Shown here in pieces: positions 52,443 to 61,448 of a stretch of DNA of 64,000 nucleotides (positions within the stretch are counted from its first letter, which is position 1; every line of letters begins with the position of its first letter). The notes beneath the pieces were generated by a model. It saw only the letters and a list, made by a program, of their open reading frames with translations, was not told the origin of the DNA and searched no databases. Both the position numbers and the translations under genes were made by a program. The stretch is from contig CAWBWI010000002.1 of assembly GCA_963792585.1 (NCBI GenBank), forward strand, positions 288,001 through 352,000, read 5' to 3'. The DNA comes from Candidatus Eiseniibacteriota bacterium. GTDB taxonomy: Bacteria > Eisenbacteria > RBG-16-71-46 > CAIMUX01 > VGJL01.

Positions 52443-53060
52443 CGGCCGGTCGCGGAATGTTCTGCATTGTCGATCGAGGGGGGCACGATCGCACCGGTCC
52501 GCCGAGCGGGGTGATCCCGATCACCGATTCCAGTCACTCCGATCACTCATCGGAGCGGAGCGACGATCTTCGTGTCCTGGACCTTCAACACCGGGCGGGC
52601 GACTCGGGCGGGGATCACGACCGCGTCGTGGCGTTCCGCCATCTCCTCGAGGGATCGACGGGAAGTCCGGGAGGGGGCGGGGACCGGCTGAATCCGGCGA
52701 TGGAGGGTCGTGGAGGGCTTCCAGGGCGCAATCGTCCGAATTCTCGGGCAAGGGCCAGCTCAGGCTCGCCCGCTGTGCCAGCGTCTGGTACTCCGTTACT
52801 GTTGCGATCCCCACGGAACAGGCCCGCGCGATCGCCCGAGTCGATAGCCGCGCTCGAGCCGCAGCCGCAACACTTGTCGGATCTGCCTCATCGATAGGCT
52901 CCTCATGGCCATTCTGGGAGCCCTCCTCGGACAGGAGGACCCCTTGAGATGGCGAGCGCTATCGATGGGTTTTCGGGATGGCTGGAATCAGCGTTCGGGA
53001 TGGGTTGTGGTTCTTAGATTGGTGTTTGGTCGCACTGCCGGCAGGGCGGTGCTCCGTGGT

Positions 53061-54239
53061 GTGGCACGCCCTTGGCCTCTCCTTCGCCTCGTGTCCAGAC
53101 GACGTACATCCCTCCACCAGGTCCATGGGACCTGCCGCCCACCCCATTGCCCCAACTCCGCCTGCAATTTCTACACACCCCGTCCCGATTGGCGCCCGGC
53201 CTACGACGGTTTCTTCCGTCGGCCTTCCGACGGGCGCCTCTTCCAACGCTTCCGATGCCCCCATTGCGGCCGCCGATTCTCGTCTCGAACCTTCGCCGCT
53301 GACTACTGGCTCAAACACAGGAGTCTCTTCTGCGACATCGCCCGACTTTCTGCCGAAGGACCCGGTCTCCGTCAGATCGCGCGTCTCCTCGGCGTCTCCC
53401 ACACGACCGTCCTGCGCCACATCGCCCGTGCCGGCCGTCACTGCATGCTCTTCCACCGTCAGATGCTGGTCGAGTACCGGACCGCAGAGCCCATCGTCAT
53501 CGACGGATTCGAGTCCTTCGAGTTCTCCCAGTACTTTCCCTTTCACATCAACCTCGCCGTCGATGCCCGGAGTTGGTTCATCTTCCACTTCACCGACAGC
53601 CCATTGCGACGCAAGGGGACCATGAGACCCGAGCAACGGCTTCGCAGGGAGCATCTGGAAGCCCAACTGGGCCGCCCCGATCCCAAGGCGATCGAGAAAG
53701 GCGTCTTCGACCTACTCCGGTCCGTTCTGGAGGATCCATCCTCGAGGAGCGACAGGGAGCAACTCATCCACAGCGATGACCATCCCGCCTATCGCCGCGC
53801 GCTCCTTCGCCTCCGCAGACTTCCGGAGTTCCCACAAGTGCGGCATCAGATCACTCCGTCGACCGAGCGTCGAACCACGCGCAATCCGCTCTTCCCCGTC
53901 AACCTGACCGACCTGCTCCTTCGACATGGTCAGGCCAACCACCGCCGGGAGACCATCGCATTCAGCAAGCGGCGGCAGGCGGCGATCGAGCGGCTGGCGA
54001 TTTTCACGGTGTGGCGCAATGCCATCAAGAGCCGGAGAGAGAAGGCACCGGGGGAGACCGCTGCCATGGCCGTTGGGATCCTATCGAGGCCTTTGAGGTG
54101 GGCAGAGGTCTTTGCGGATCGGACATTCCCCAGGAAAGAAGTCCTACCCGGGCCCTGGTGGTCCTACTACTGGAGGCGGGTCCGAACGGTGGCGCTGGGT
54201 CCAAGTCAAAGGGGACACCAGCTCAAGTATGCATTCTGA
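53061..54239 (+). CDS. single-ORF IS1-family transposase
   Basis: Zn ribbon CPNSAC..QRFRCPHC, HTH LRQIARLLGVSHTTV, acidic motifs VIDGFE and IHSDDH, RRETIAFSK; start must lie inside the left TIR (GTG 53049 or 53061). Confidence 0.85.
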   Translation: MARPWPLLRLVSRRRTSLHQVHGTCRPPHCPNSACNFYTPRPDWRPAYDGFFRRPSDGRLFQRFRCPHCGRRFSSRTFAADYWLKHRSLFCDIARLSAEGPGLRQIARLLGVSHTTVLRHIARAGRHCMLFHRQMLVEYRTAEPIVIDGFESFEFSQYFPFHINLAVDARSWFIFHFTDSPLRRKGTMRPEQRLRREHLEAQLGRPDPKAIEKGVFDLLRSVLEDPSSRSDREQLIHSDDHPAYRRALLRLRRLPEFPQVRHQITPSTERRTTRNPLFPVNLTDLLLRHGQANHRRETIAFSKRRQAAIERLAIFTVWRNAIKSRREKAPGETAAMAVGILSRPLRWAEVFADRTFPRKEVLPGPWWSYYWRRVRTVALGPSQRGHQLKYAF

Positions 54240-54248
54240 GAAGAACTG

Positions 54249-54281
54249 GAGTGGTTCGGCACGGGCGAAGCCGGACCACTC
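54249..54281 (+). terminator. hairpin downstream of the transposase
   Basis: GAGTGGTTCGGC-N9-GCCGGACCACTC, 12-bp stem with one G-U pair; no U-tract. Confidence 0.4.
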
Positions 54282-54608
54282 TCCGCTCAACTTCCTGTCA
54301 CGGTCGTTTCCGCAAGAGCCGAAGGGGTGGCCGTTGCTTCGTCAACTGCATCCACCAATCTCCGCACCACAACCTTCGGGATGCCCGGAATCGGTGTTCG
54401 GGATGTCCGGAATCACCGTTCGGCATGCCCGGAATCTGCGTTCGGGATGGTCCGGAATCCCCAGAGGGAGATGGCCGAGTGTAGGACCTTCCGCTCGAAC
54501 TCCGCCGTAGATCGTTGACGCCCGGCCTCGGTCAATGCATCGTTTCCGTTTCCAGAGGGAAACTCACAGGTCCGAACGCCGCGACCGCACCCTTGCCGAC
54601 AACCGAGT

Positions 54609-54641
54609 GAAAAGAAGGAGGGGGCCTCGGGGCCCCCTCCT
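54609..54641 (-). terminator. Rho-independent terminator of the omcS-like gene
   Basis: AGGAGGGGGCC-TCGG-GGCCCCCTCCT perfect 11-bp stem followed on the minus strand by TCTTTTC. Confidence 0.7.
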
Positions 54642-54706
54642 GAACGCACACTCAGGGAGACGATTCGGCTGGAGGAGTTACATCTCCTCCACGGAACTCG
54701 TCTCGC

Positions 54707-55811
54707 CTACGGGTTTGGGTTGCCCTCGTCTCCGAGGTCCTTCGCGTGGCACTTGTTGCAGAGCGACCTCTGATTGTGGACGAAGGTGTACTGATAGTAC
54801 TTGTTCGTTGCGTCGTTGGCGCCGACTCCGCCGTCCGTGGACTTCGGGTGGGATTCGGACATGAAGTCCGTGTCGAAGTCCCAGCGGCCGACGTCGTCGA
54901 ACGCCGAGGCGTGGGCCCTGTGGCAGCTGACGCACATGACTTGATCGACGCCCGTCGGACCGGTCGTGTAGTTCGTGGCGTCGACGGTCTCGAGGTCGAC
55001 GTTGACGGCCTCGAACGGAACCAGACCCCAGTATGCCGTCGACACATCGCCGCCAGTGGGATCGTCCGTGCTGACGTACGCATTGTAGTTGGCCGCGATC
55101 GTCGATCCCATGTCGCCCTCGGGATGGACGAAGTTGTTCGTGTTGTCCGAGTGGAAGTTCGCGTGGCAGTTTGCGCACCATTCGGACATTCCGTTCTTGT
55201 AGACCGTGTGCTCGGCGTTGGTCTCGTTCCCGCCGCCACCCACCATCGTCCGCCGGGAGTTGCCCTTGGCGAGAGGCTGATCGCTCGCGAAGTCGTAGCG
55301 CGTGCCGTCATAGACCGGTCCGAATTCACTGCCGTACAGGAGGCGGAAAGCGGTCGTTTCCGTGCGGATCGTGGCAGCTGGTGCAGGACAGCCTGGACGA
55401 GAGGAAGTCGCCGCCGGGTGCGTGGGTCAGGGTGGCGTCCGCGGCCAGGTCGTTGGCCGGCGAGATGATGTTGTGACCGTGGCTGTCGCCGGTGCTGGTC
55501 TTGGTGCCGTGTTCATTCCACGTGTAGGTCTTGGTCAGCCAGTAGAAGTCGCCGCCGGGCCCGTAGCCGGCACCGCCGTAGAACTGCCCGTAGGCGGCAT
55601 GGCAGTTGAGACACGTGTCGCTGCTGTTGCCGTACTTCAGCAGGTACGCATGACCCTCGGGGTGGTTAGGGTCGACGGGCTGGCCGTTCTGGCTGTTGTG
55701 CATGGTATGGCATCCCTGGCAATAGGCCACGCCCCCGTCGTGGAAGGCGCTGGCGGAGCCGGCGTAGAATGCCAGCATCAGCAGTGCCAGGAACAAACCG
55801 AAGAACCTCAT
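54707..55811 (-). CDS. omcS: OmcS/OmcT-like hexaheme cytochrome c (one apparent frameshift at ~55352)
   Basis: Signal peptide then FHDGGVAYCQGCHTMHNS; YLL..SSDTCLNCH; GGDFYWL; GHNI; APGG..LSCTSCHDPHG; FRLL; MSEWCANCH; FVHP; VMCVSCHRAHAS; QRSLCNKCHAKD. Six CxxCH in the order I recall for Geobacter OmcS; GGAGG RBS. Confidence 0.85.
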
Positions 55812-55880
55812 TAGTAACCTCCATTTCGCAGGACCTGATCGATCAGTGACGGAGATCTGTCTTGCACTCTCGCTGCGTTT

Positions 55881-56895
55881 CTACGGACTCGGTTGCGCCG
55901 CGACCACCCCCTCCCTCCCGGAACGGATCTCCCGTTCCACCTTGCCGGCGACAACCGGCCGGAAACGATCGTTGTTGGGTTCTGCCGACCCAGTGGTTGT
56001 GAATCGAAGCTGCTGGATTCTGCCTTCAAGCCCCTGGGCAACGTAGATCAGTCCGTCGGACGAGGAAGCGATGGCCGCCGGATAGTAGAGGTCTTGTGGA
56101 CCCTTGCCGAACGTCCCGAATTCCGAAACGAACCCGAAGTGCTCGTCATAGAGCAGAATGACGTGTCTCATCCGGTCCAGCACGGCGATCGACCCATCCG
56201 GGCAGAAGGCCACGCCGACTGGAAAACCGAGACGCCCCCTGGCTCCGCCCGGCGTGCCGAACTCCATCTCATGCTCCCCTTCGGCGGACAGGACCTGGAT
56301 CTGCCGAAGCCCAGGGAAGGGCAGCAGTAGTCCGTCCGTCGGGGGCCTCCCCGGGTTTGCCGAGTGCGATCAGCTCTCCGGATGGAGAGTCCTTCAGGTC
56401 GCGCTTCCAGAGAAGAACCCCGGTCTCCGCATCGTGCTTTGCGAGATATCCGTTCGTAGGATCCGTCGTCACGTAGTCGCCATCACGGGTCACCAGCAGG
56501 TGCTCCGGTGTCCACAGATCCGTTACCGGTTCGGGAGCAAATGGGAGCAGCTGGCCGAAGAAATCCAGCTTGCGAATCGTCCGGCCGCCCGCCGGCCTGC
56601 TATCCGTGCAGACGAATCCGCCAGACGCTTCAACGCAGATGTCGAGAGGGTCGGCAAGCCCTGCGGCCTGCTCGGTGCTGAATAGATGCACGTTTCCTCT
56701 GTCGAGCAGGTGCCCTGCGTTGCCCGTCGCGTCCGTCACGCAGACGATGCCGTCGGTCCCGACCGTCACGGAAACGGGGAGCGCGATCCGGGAACCTTCA
56801 CACGGAAGGCTCAGCGTGGAGCTGTACTCAAGACTGGGAGTCGCCTGAGCGCTCACCAGGGCACACCATGCGAACGTGCCGTAGAGCACCGCCAT
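55881..56895 (-). CDS. NHL-repeat beta-propeller protein, exported (frameshift at ~56335)
   Basis: Signal peptide; PVSVTVGTDG, PLDICVEASG, PEHLLVTRDG, LGFPVGVAFCPDG, LYYPAAIASSSDGLIYVA repeats; both ends uncertain. Confidence 0.75.
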
Positions 56896-57444
56896 GCGCG
56901 CGAGGTGGACGAACGTGTGCCCGCTACAAGAAAGTTTCCTCGAGGGTATTCCCATGAAGGATGGCACCGGGCCGCTCGAGCACACCTTCAACCGAGAACC
57001 CCTCGAGGAAATCTGATGCGTCCGACGCTGGCGGGGCGCTCCGTATCGAAGAGACGAACCTGTCGCCCTCGTGCGCGAGGGCAACCCACCTTCCGACTCT
57101 GAGACGGACCAACCCGACCGTCGGGACATGAATACTCCCCACAAGATGCGCAACACGGACCTTGGTCTTCAGGACCCCAGAACGGCCGACCGAGATCTCA
57201 AACTGCTCATATCAGAGTCTAGATATTGTGAAGATTTTCGTCAATCGTTTTATGAATGCAACAGTCCTATGTTTAGTTTTTCAACGACATGTGTAAATCG
57301 TAAGCATGATATAGGGTTAGACGACTCAGAGGGGTCTTCACCTAATCCACGGGGCCCCGAGAACCTCGATATGCCTCATCGAAATATCGATGGAGGCGAG
57401 GAAGGCGCCATCCGAGGTCCTTCGAGGGGACGTAACTGGGCGGA

Positions 57445-58437
57445 CTATCTCGGTCGAGGAATCGGTCGCAAAGCGATCACCGCGGCGCCCCACAGACCTA
57501 CCCGCGGGTTGCGGACAACGCGGACGGGGATCCTCTCCAAGATTGCCGCGTGCCGGCCCTTGTCGCGAAAGGCTTGGATAAATGCACCTTCCGCGAGCTT
57601 GGGGAGAATCCTGGGCGCAATACCGCCGGCTACGTATACGCCGCCGGTCGAGAGGAGTTTGAGCGCGAGGTTGCCGGTCTCCGCCCCGTAGATCGAGACG
57701 AAGAGATCCAGAACCATGCGACACGCAGGATCATCGCCCGCAAGGGCGTGTCGCGTGACGACGGCGGCCGGGTCCTCGCTGGCCGCCTCGACATGCACGA
57801 TCCCGCCCGCTCGGGCGATTCCCGCCTCTTCAACGTATGCGAGGAGATTCGCAAGACCCGGGCCGGACAGGATCCGTTCGTACGACACGTGACCGTAGCG
57901 TGCAGTCAGAAATCGCTGGAGGCCGATCTCGACCTCATTGCGCGGGGCGAAGTCGGTGTGCCCCCCTTCCGATGCGTGGACCTCGTAGGAGTTCCCGGTG
58001 CTCGTGAGATAACCCTCGCCGAGTCCGGTCCCGGCGCCGATCACCGCGATCGGCTTGCCCCGCTCGCCGCGGCCCCGCTGGAGCGACAGGAGATCCCTGC
58101 GGCCCATCTGGACGAGCCCATGTCCGACCGCTTGAAAATCATTGACGATTGTGGTGTCCGGGACCGCAATCGCGCGCGCCACCGTCTCGCCGTCGATGGT
58201 CCAAGGGAGGTTCACGGCGCGGCATGCCCTCCCGGATACCGGGCCGGCCACGGCAAAGCATGCCCGCCGAATCTTCTCCCCGCCTCGAGCCAGGAAGTCC
58301 TGGGCCATCCTCGACAGGGAGGGGAACCTCGCGGTTTCCAGCCGTTCTTCACGAAGCGATAGAACGCGATTCCCCCTACGTTCGAAGACAGCGAGGTATG
58401 ATTTCGTGCCACCAATGTCCGCGGCCAGGACCCTCAC
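57445..58437 (-). CDS. glk: glucokinase
   Basis: LAADIGGTK, FAVAGPV, NLPW, VNDFQA, GAGTGLGE, SEGGH, VSYERILSGPG, GGVYVAGGIAP. Confidence 0.93.
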   Translation of the reverse strand: MRVLAADIGGTKSYLAVFERRGNRVLSLREERLETARFPSLSRMAQDFLARGGEKIRRACFAVAGPVSGRACRAVNLPWTIDGETVARAIAVPDTTIVNDFQAVGHGLVQMGRRDLLSLQRGRGERGKPIAVIGAGTGLGEGYLTSTGNSYEVHASEGGHTDFAPRNEVEIGLQRFLTARYGHVSYERILSGPGLANLLAYVEEAGIARAGGIVHVEAASEDPAAVVTRHALAGDDPACRMVLDLFVSIYGAETGNLALKLLSTGGVYVAGGIAPRILPKLAEGAFIQAFRDKGRHAAILERIPVRVVRNPRVGLWGAAVIALRPIPRPR

Positions 58438-58447
58438 CGGCTTCCTC

Positions 58448-59149
58448 CTATGGGAGATCGAAGAACAGAATCTCCGCCGGAGCGTCGAGCGTGTGCACGC
58501 CGACTTTCGGCTCTTCCTCGATCGCAGCGGCGTCTCCGGCACGGAGCTCCGTCTCACCGACCTGGCATCGTCCACGGGCCACGTGCAGCCATCCATGTCG
58601 ACCCGAGCGGAGCGACAGATCGAGAGTCGACTCCGCGTCGAGCAGGGATGCATAGACGTCGGCATCCTGGTGGATCGTCACCGACCCGTCCTTGCCGCCG
58701 CCGGAGGCGACCAATCGCATCCGTCCGCGCTTGTCGTCGTCGGAAAAGCGCTTCTGCTCGTACTCCGGTGCAAGCCCCTTCCGGTCGGGGAAGAGCCAGA
58801 TCTGCAGGAAGTGAACCTGCTCCGATTGCGAAGGATTGAACTCGCTGTGGAGCACGCCGGTCCCGGCGGACATCCTCTGCACGTCGCCGGGGCGGATGAT
58901 CGAGCCGTTTCCCATGCTGTCCTTGTGCTCGAGCGCCCCTTCAAGGACGTAGGAGATGATCTCCATGTCGCGGTGTGGATGTGTGCCGAACCCCCGGCCC
59001 GGCTGGACCCGGTCCTCGTTGATCACGCGGAGCACGCGATACCCCATATGTTCGGGGTCGTGATAATCAGCGAATGAGAAGGTGTGATACGTGTTGAGCC
59101 AGCCGTGATCGAAATGGCCACGATCTTCTCCGCGTCGAATGCGGATCAT
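58448..59149 (-). CDS. pirin family protein (YhhW-like)
   Basis: HGWLNTYHTFSFADY, LRVINED, FGTHPHRDMEI, MSAGTGVLHSE, FLQIW. Confidence 0.93.
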   Translation of the reverse strand: MIRIRRGEDRGHFDHGWLNTYHTFSFADYHDPEHMGYRVLRVINEDRVQPGRGFGTHPHRDMEIISYVLEGALEHKDSMGNGSIIRPGDVQRMSAGTGVLHSEFNPSQSEQVHFLQIWLFPDRKGLAPEYEQKRFSDDDKRGRMRLVASGGGKDGSVTIHQDADVYASLLDAESTLDLSLRSGRHGWLHVARGRCQVGETELRAGDAAAIEEEPKVGVHTLDAPAEILFFDLP

Positions 59150-61290
59150 CAGTACCTCCGTATCTCTCGCGCCGCTGCGAGGATCTTCCCGGTATCGGGG
59201 AGGATCGCATCCTCGAGCGGCGGGCTGTACGCATAGTGGGTGTCTGGAGTCGTCACCCGTACGATCGGCGCATCGAGGGCGTCGAACAACTCCTCCGCGA
59301 CGCGCGCCGCGATCTCGGCGCCGAGGCCCGAGAATCGGCGGTCCTCGTGGACGATCAGCAGCCGGCCGGTCTTGCGGACGGAGTTGCGGATCGCCTCCAT
59401 GTCGAGCGGCTTGAGGGTCCTCAGGTCGACGACCTCAGCATCGATTCCCTCCGCCGCGAGCGTCTCCGCCGCCTCCATGCAAAAGGAGAGGGTCGGGCCG
59501 TAGGTGACAATGGAGAGGTGAACCCCTGGGCGCCGAATCGCTGCGACCCCGATCGGCACCACGTCCTCCACGGCAGAGAGGTCGGCCCGCTCCCGTCGGT
59601 AGAGATACTTGTACTCGAGGAAGATGACCGGATTGTCGTCCCGGATCGCAGACTTGAGGAGGCCTCTGGCGTCGGCCGCGGTCCCGGGCGCGAGGATCTT
59701 GAGTCCGGGGGTCGAGAGGAAGAACGACTCGACGTTCTGGGAATGGAAGAGCCCGCCATGGATCCGCGCTCCTGACGGTGCCCGGATGACGAGACGGGGG
59801 GCGACCCGTCCAGAGTGACGGTAGCTCATCGTCGCCGCGGTATTCACGATCTGATCGAATCCGCACGTGATGAAGTCGGCGAACTGCATCTCCGCGACCG
59901 CGCGCATCCCGACGATCCCGGCGCCGACGGCGGCGCCGACGATCAGGGACTCGCTGATCGGGGTGTCGATCACCCTTTCCTCGCCGTACTTCTCGATCAG
60001 CCCCTTGGTCACTCCGAAGGCGCCGCCGAGGGCCCCGATGTCCTCGCCCAACAGGATCACGTTCTCGTCGCGTTCCATCTCCTCGTCCAGGGCGCGACGG
60101 AGCGCTTCGATGTAGGTCGTACCCTCCTTCGCGCGGATCGCCGGATCGGCCCCGGCCGTTTGATCCCAGTGCATCGTTCCGTCGGGGATCTCCGCGCGCA
60201 CGGGGAGGCCTCCTGCGGACTCGGTCGGACCGCTCGTCCGGCGCGGTGGGATCGGATCGACCGGCGGACCGGCGGGGACCGTGTTCGGGTTGCACCAGAT
60301 CGCCTCGAGAGCCTCCTGTGGGTCGGGGAACGGGCTCGCCTCTGCAAAGGTGATGGCCCGATCGGCGATCTCTCGGGACTTCGCGCGCGTCTCTTCCCGC
60401 ATGGCGGGGACGTCGTGGCCGCGCTTGGCGAGGTGCAGTTCGAAGAGCTCGATCGGATCGCGGCCCTCCCACTCGACGAGTTCTTCTTGCTCTCGATAGC
60501 GGGCTGGATCATGTTCTGAGTGACCGTGGATCCGGTAGGTGAGGCACTCGATCAGCGTGGGCCCCTCGCCGGCGCGCGCGCGCCGGGCCGCCTCCTCGGT
60601 CACGCTGAGGACGCGGAGCAGATCGTTGCCATTGACCCGAACGCCCTTCATTCCATATGCCTCTGCGCGCTCAGCCACGGTCTCGACCGGCATCTGGAGC
60701 CGGGTCGGGGTCGAGTAGGCGTAGAAGTTGTTCTCGCAGAGGAAGAGGACCGGCAGCTTGTGGATGCCAGCGAAGTTCAGCGCCTCGTGGAAGTCGCCGC
60801 GACTCGAGGCCCCCTCGCCGAAGAGGGCCACGGATACATTCGGGCGTCGCCGGATCTTGAACGCGAGCGCCACGCCGGTCGCGACCGGAAGGGTTGCTCC
60901 GAGCATGCTGGTCGCGCCGATCACCCCTTTGCCGGGATCTCCCGTGTGCAGGAACGAGTCTCGGCCGCCGGAGAGCCCGTCCCGCCGGCCCAGCAGGCCG
61001 GCCATCAGAATGCCGGGATCGATGCCGCGTAGGATCGGTACGCCGAGATCACGGTGGAGCGGAAAGATGAGATCGCCGTCCTGCAGAACGTGACAGATCC
61101 CAACCTGGATCGCCTCCTGCCCTCGTCCGGAATAGGCGCCGCCGACGATCTTCCCCTGCTTGTGCAGGATCGAGACCCGGTCATCGAACTCGCGCACGAG
61201 GCAGAGCGCCTCATACAGCTCGCGATCGGGGCGGGGTGCGGACGTTCGGGGAGCGCCGGTGGTCCTGCCCGCCTTGCCTCTCGATGCCAT
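59149..61290 (-). CDS. fused 2-oxoacid dehydrogenase E1 alpha/beta
   Basis: Alpha: GQEA, FGEGASSRG..ENN, YRIHGHSEHD. Beta: LGEDIG..GGAF, DTPISE, EMQFADF, HSQ, DLRTLKPLD. Pro-rich linker; alternative start 61320. Confidence 0.92.
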   Translation of the reverse strand: MASRGKAGRTTGAPRTSAPRPDRELYEALCLVREFDDRVSILHKQGKIVGGAYSGRGQEAIQVGICHVLQDGDLIFPLHRDLGVPILRGIDPGILMAGLLGRRDGLSGGRDSFLHTGDPGKGVIGATSMLGATLPVATGVALAFKIRRRPNVSVALFGEGASSRGDFHEALNFAGIHKLPVLFLCENNFYAYSTPTRLQMPVETVAERAEAYGMKGVRVNGNDLLRVLSVTEEAARRARAGEGPTLIECLTYRIHGHSEHDPARYREQEELVEWEGRDPIELFELHLAKRGHDVPAMREETRAKSREIADRAITFAEASPFPDPQEALEAIWCNPNTVPAGPPVDPIPPRRTSGPTESAGGLPVRAEIPDGTMHWDQTAGADPAIRAKEGTTYIEALRRALDEEMERDENVILLGEDIGALGGAFGVTKGLIEKYGEERVIDTPISESLIVGAAVGAGIVGMRAVAEMQFADFITCGFDQIVNTAATMSYRHSGRVAPRLVIRAPSGARIHGGLFHSQNVESFFLSTPGLKILAPGTAADARGLLKSAIRDDNPVIFLEYKYLYRRERADLSAVEDVVPIGVAAIRRPGVHLSIVTYGPTLSFCMEAAETLAAEGIDAEVVDLRTLKPLDMEAIRNSVRKTGRLLIVHEDRRFSGLGAEIAARVAEELFDALDAPIVRVTTPDTHYAYSPPLEDAILPDTGKILAAAREIRRY

Positions 61291-61448
61291 CGATTGACCT
61301 CTCTTTCGTCGGCGGCCCATCCGCTGGACTTGGAAGTCTAACGTCCGCGCCCCCGACTTGCATCCTCCCGGTCATCGGGCGCAAAGCCGAAGTCATGGGG
61401 GTAGGCGGTCTTGCCGATCATACGTCCGGGGGGTACGATCCGGCGCGA

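Larger units (their letters stand above)
53003..54374 (+). mobile_element. IS1-family insertion sequence, 1372 bp, intact
   Basis: TIRs GGTTGTGGTTCTTAGATTGGTG (53003-53024) and, as reverse complement, GGTTGTGGTGCGGAGATTGGTG (54353-54374), 19/22 identical; 9-bp direct repeat TTCGGGATG at 52994-53002 and 54375-54383. Confidence 0.9.
52972..54463 (+). repeat. five-unit 22-bp tandem repeat interrupted by an IS (resembles an IS21-family terminal repeat relic)
   Basis: Units ~TTCGGGATGCCCGGAATCnnnG start at 52972, 52994/54375 (split by the IS), 54397, 54419 and 54441; array ends GGAATCCCCA. Confidence 0.8.

Noticed and set aside
52443..52965. Possible gene between the cytochrome and the repeat array
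   Set aside because: The ORFs there are low-complexity, with no recognisable motif or clear RBS.
52905..53060. N-terminal extension of the transposase from ATG 52905
   Set aside because: It crosses the left TIR at 53003 into flanking DNA, so it is not part of the element.
54375..54463. Palindromic 22-bp repeats as a CRISPR array
   Set aside because: Units are contiguous with no 25-45-bp spacers, and no cas genes are in the window.
57226..57243. TTGTGAAGATTTTCGTCA as a Rex operator upstream of the NHL-omcS genes
   Set aside because: Only the left half-site matches; the right half is 4/7.
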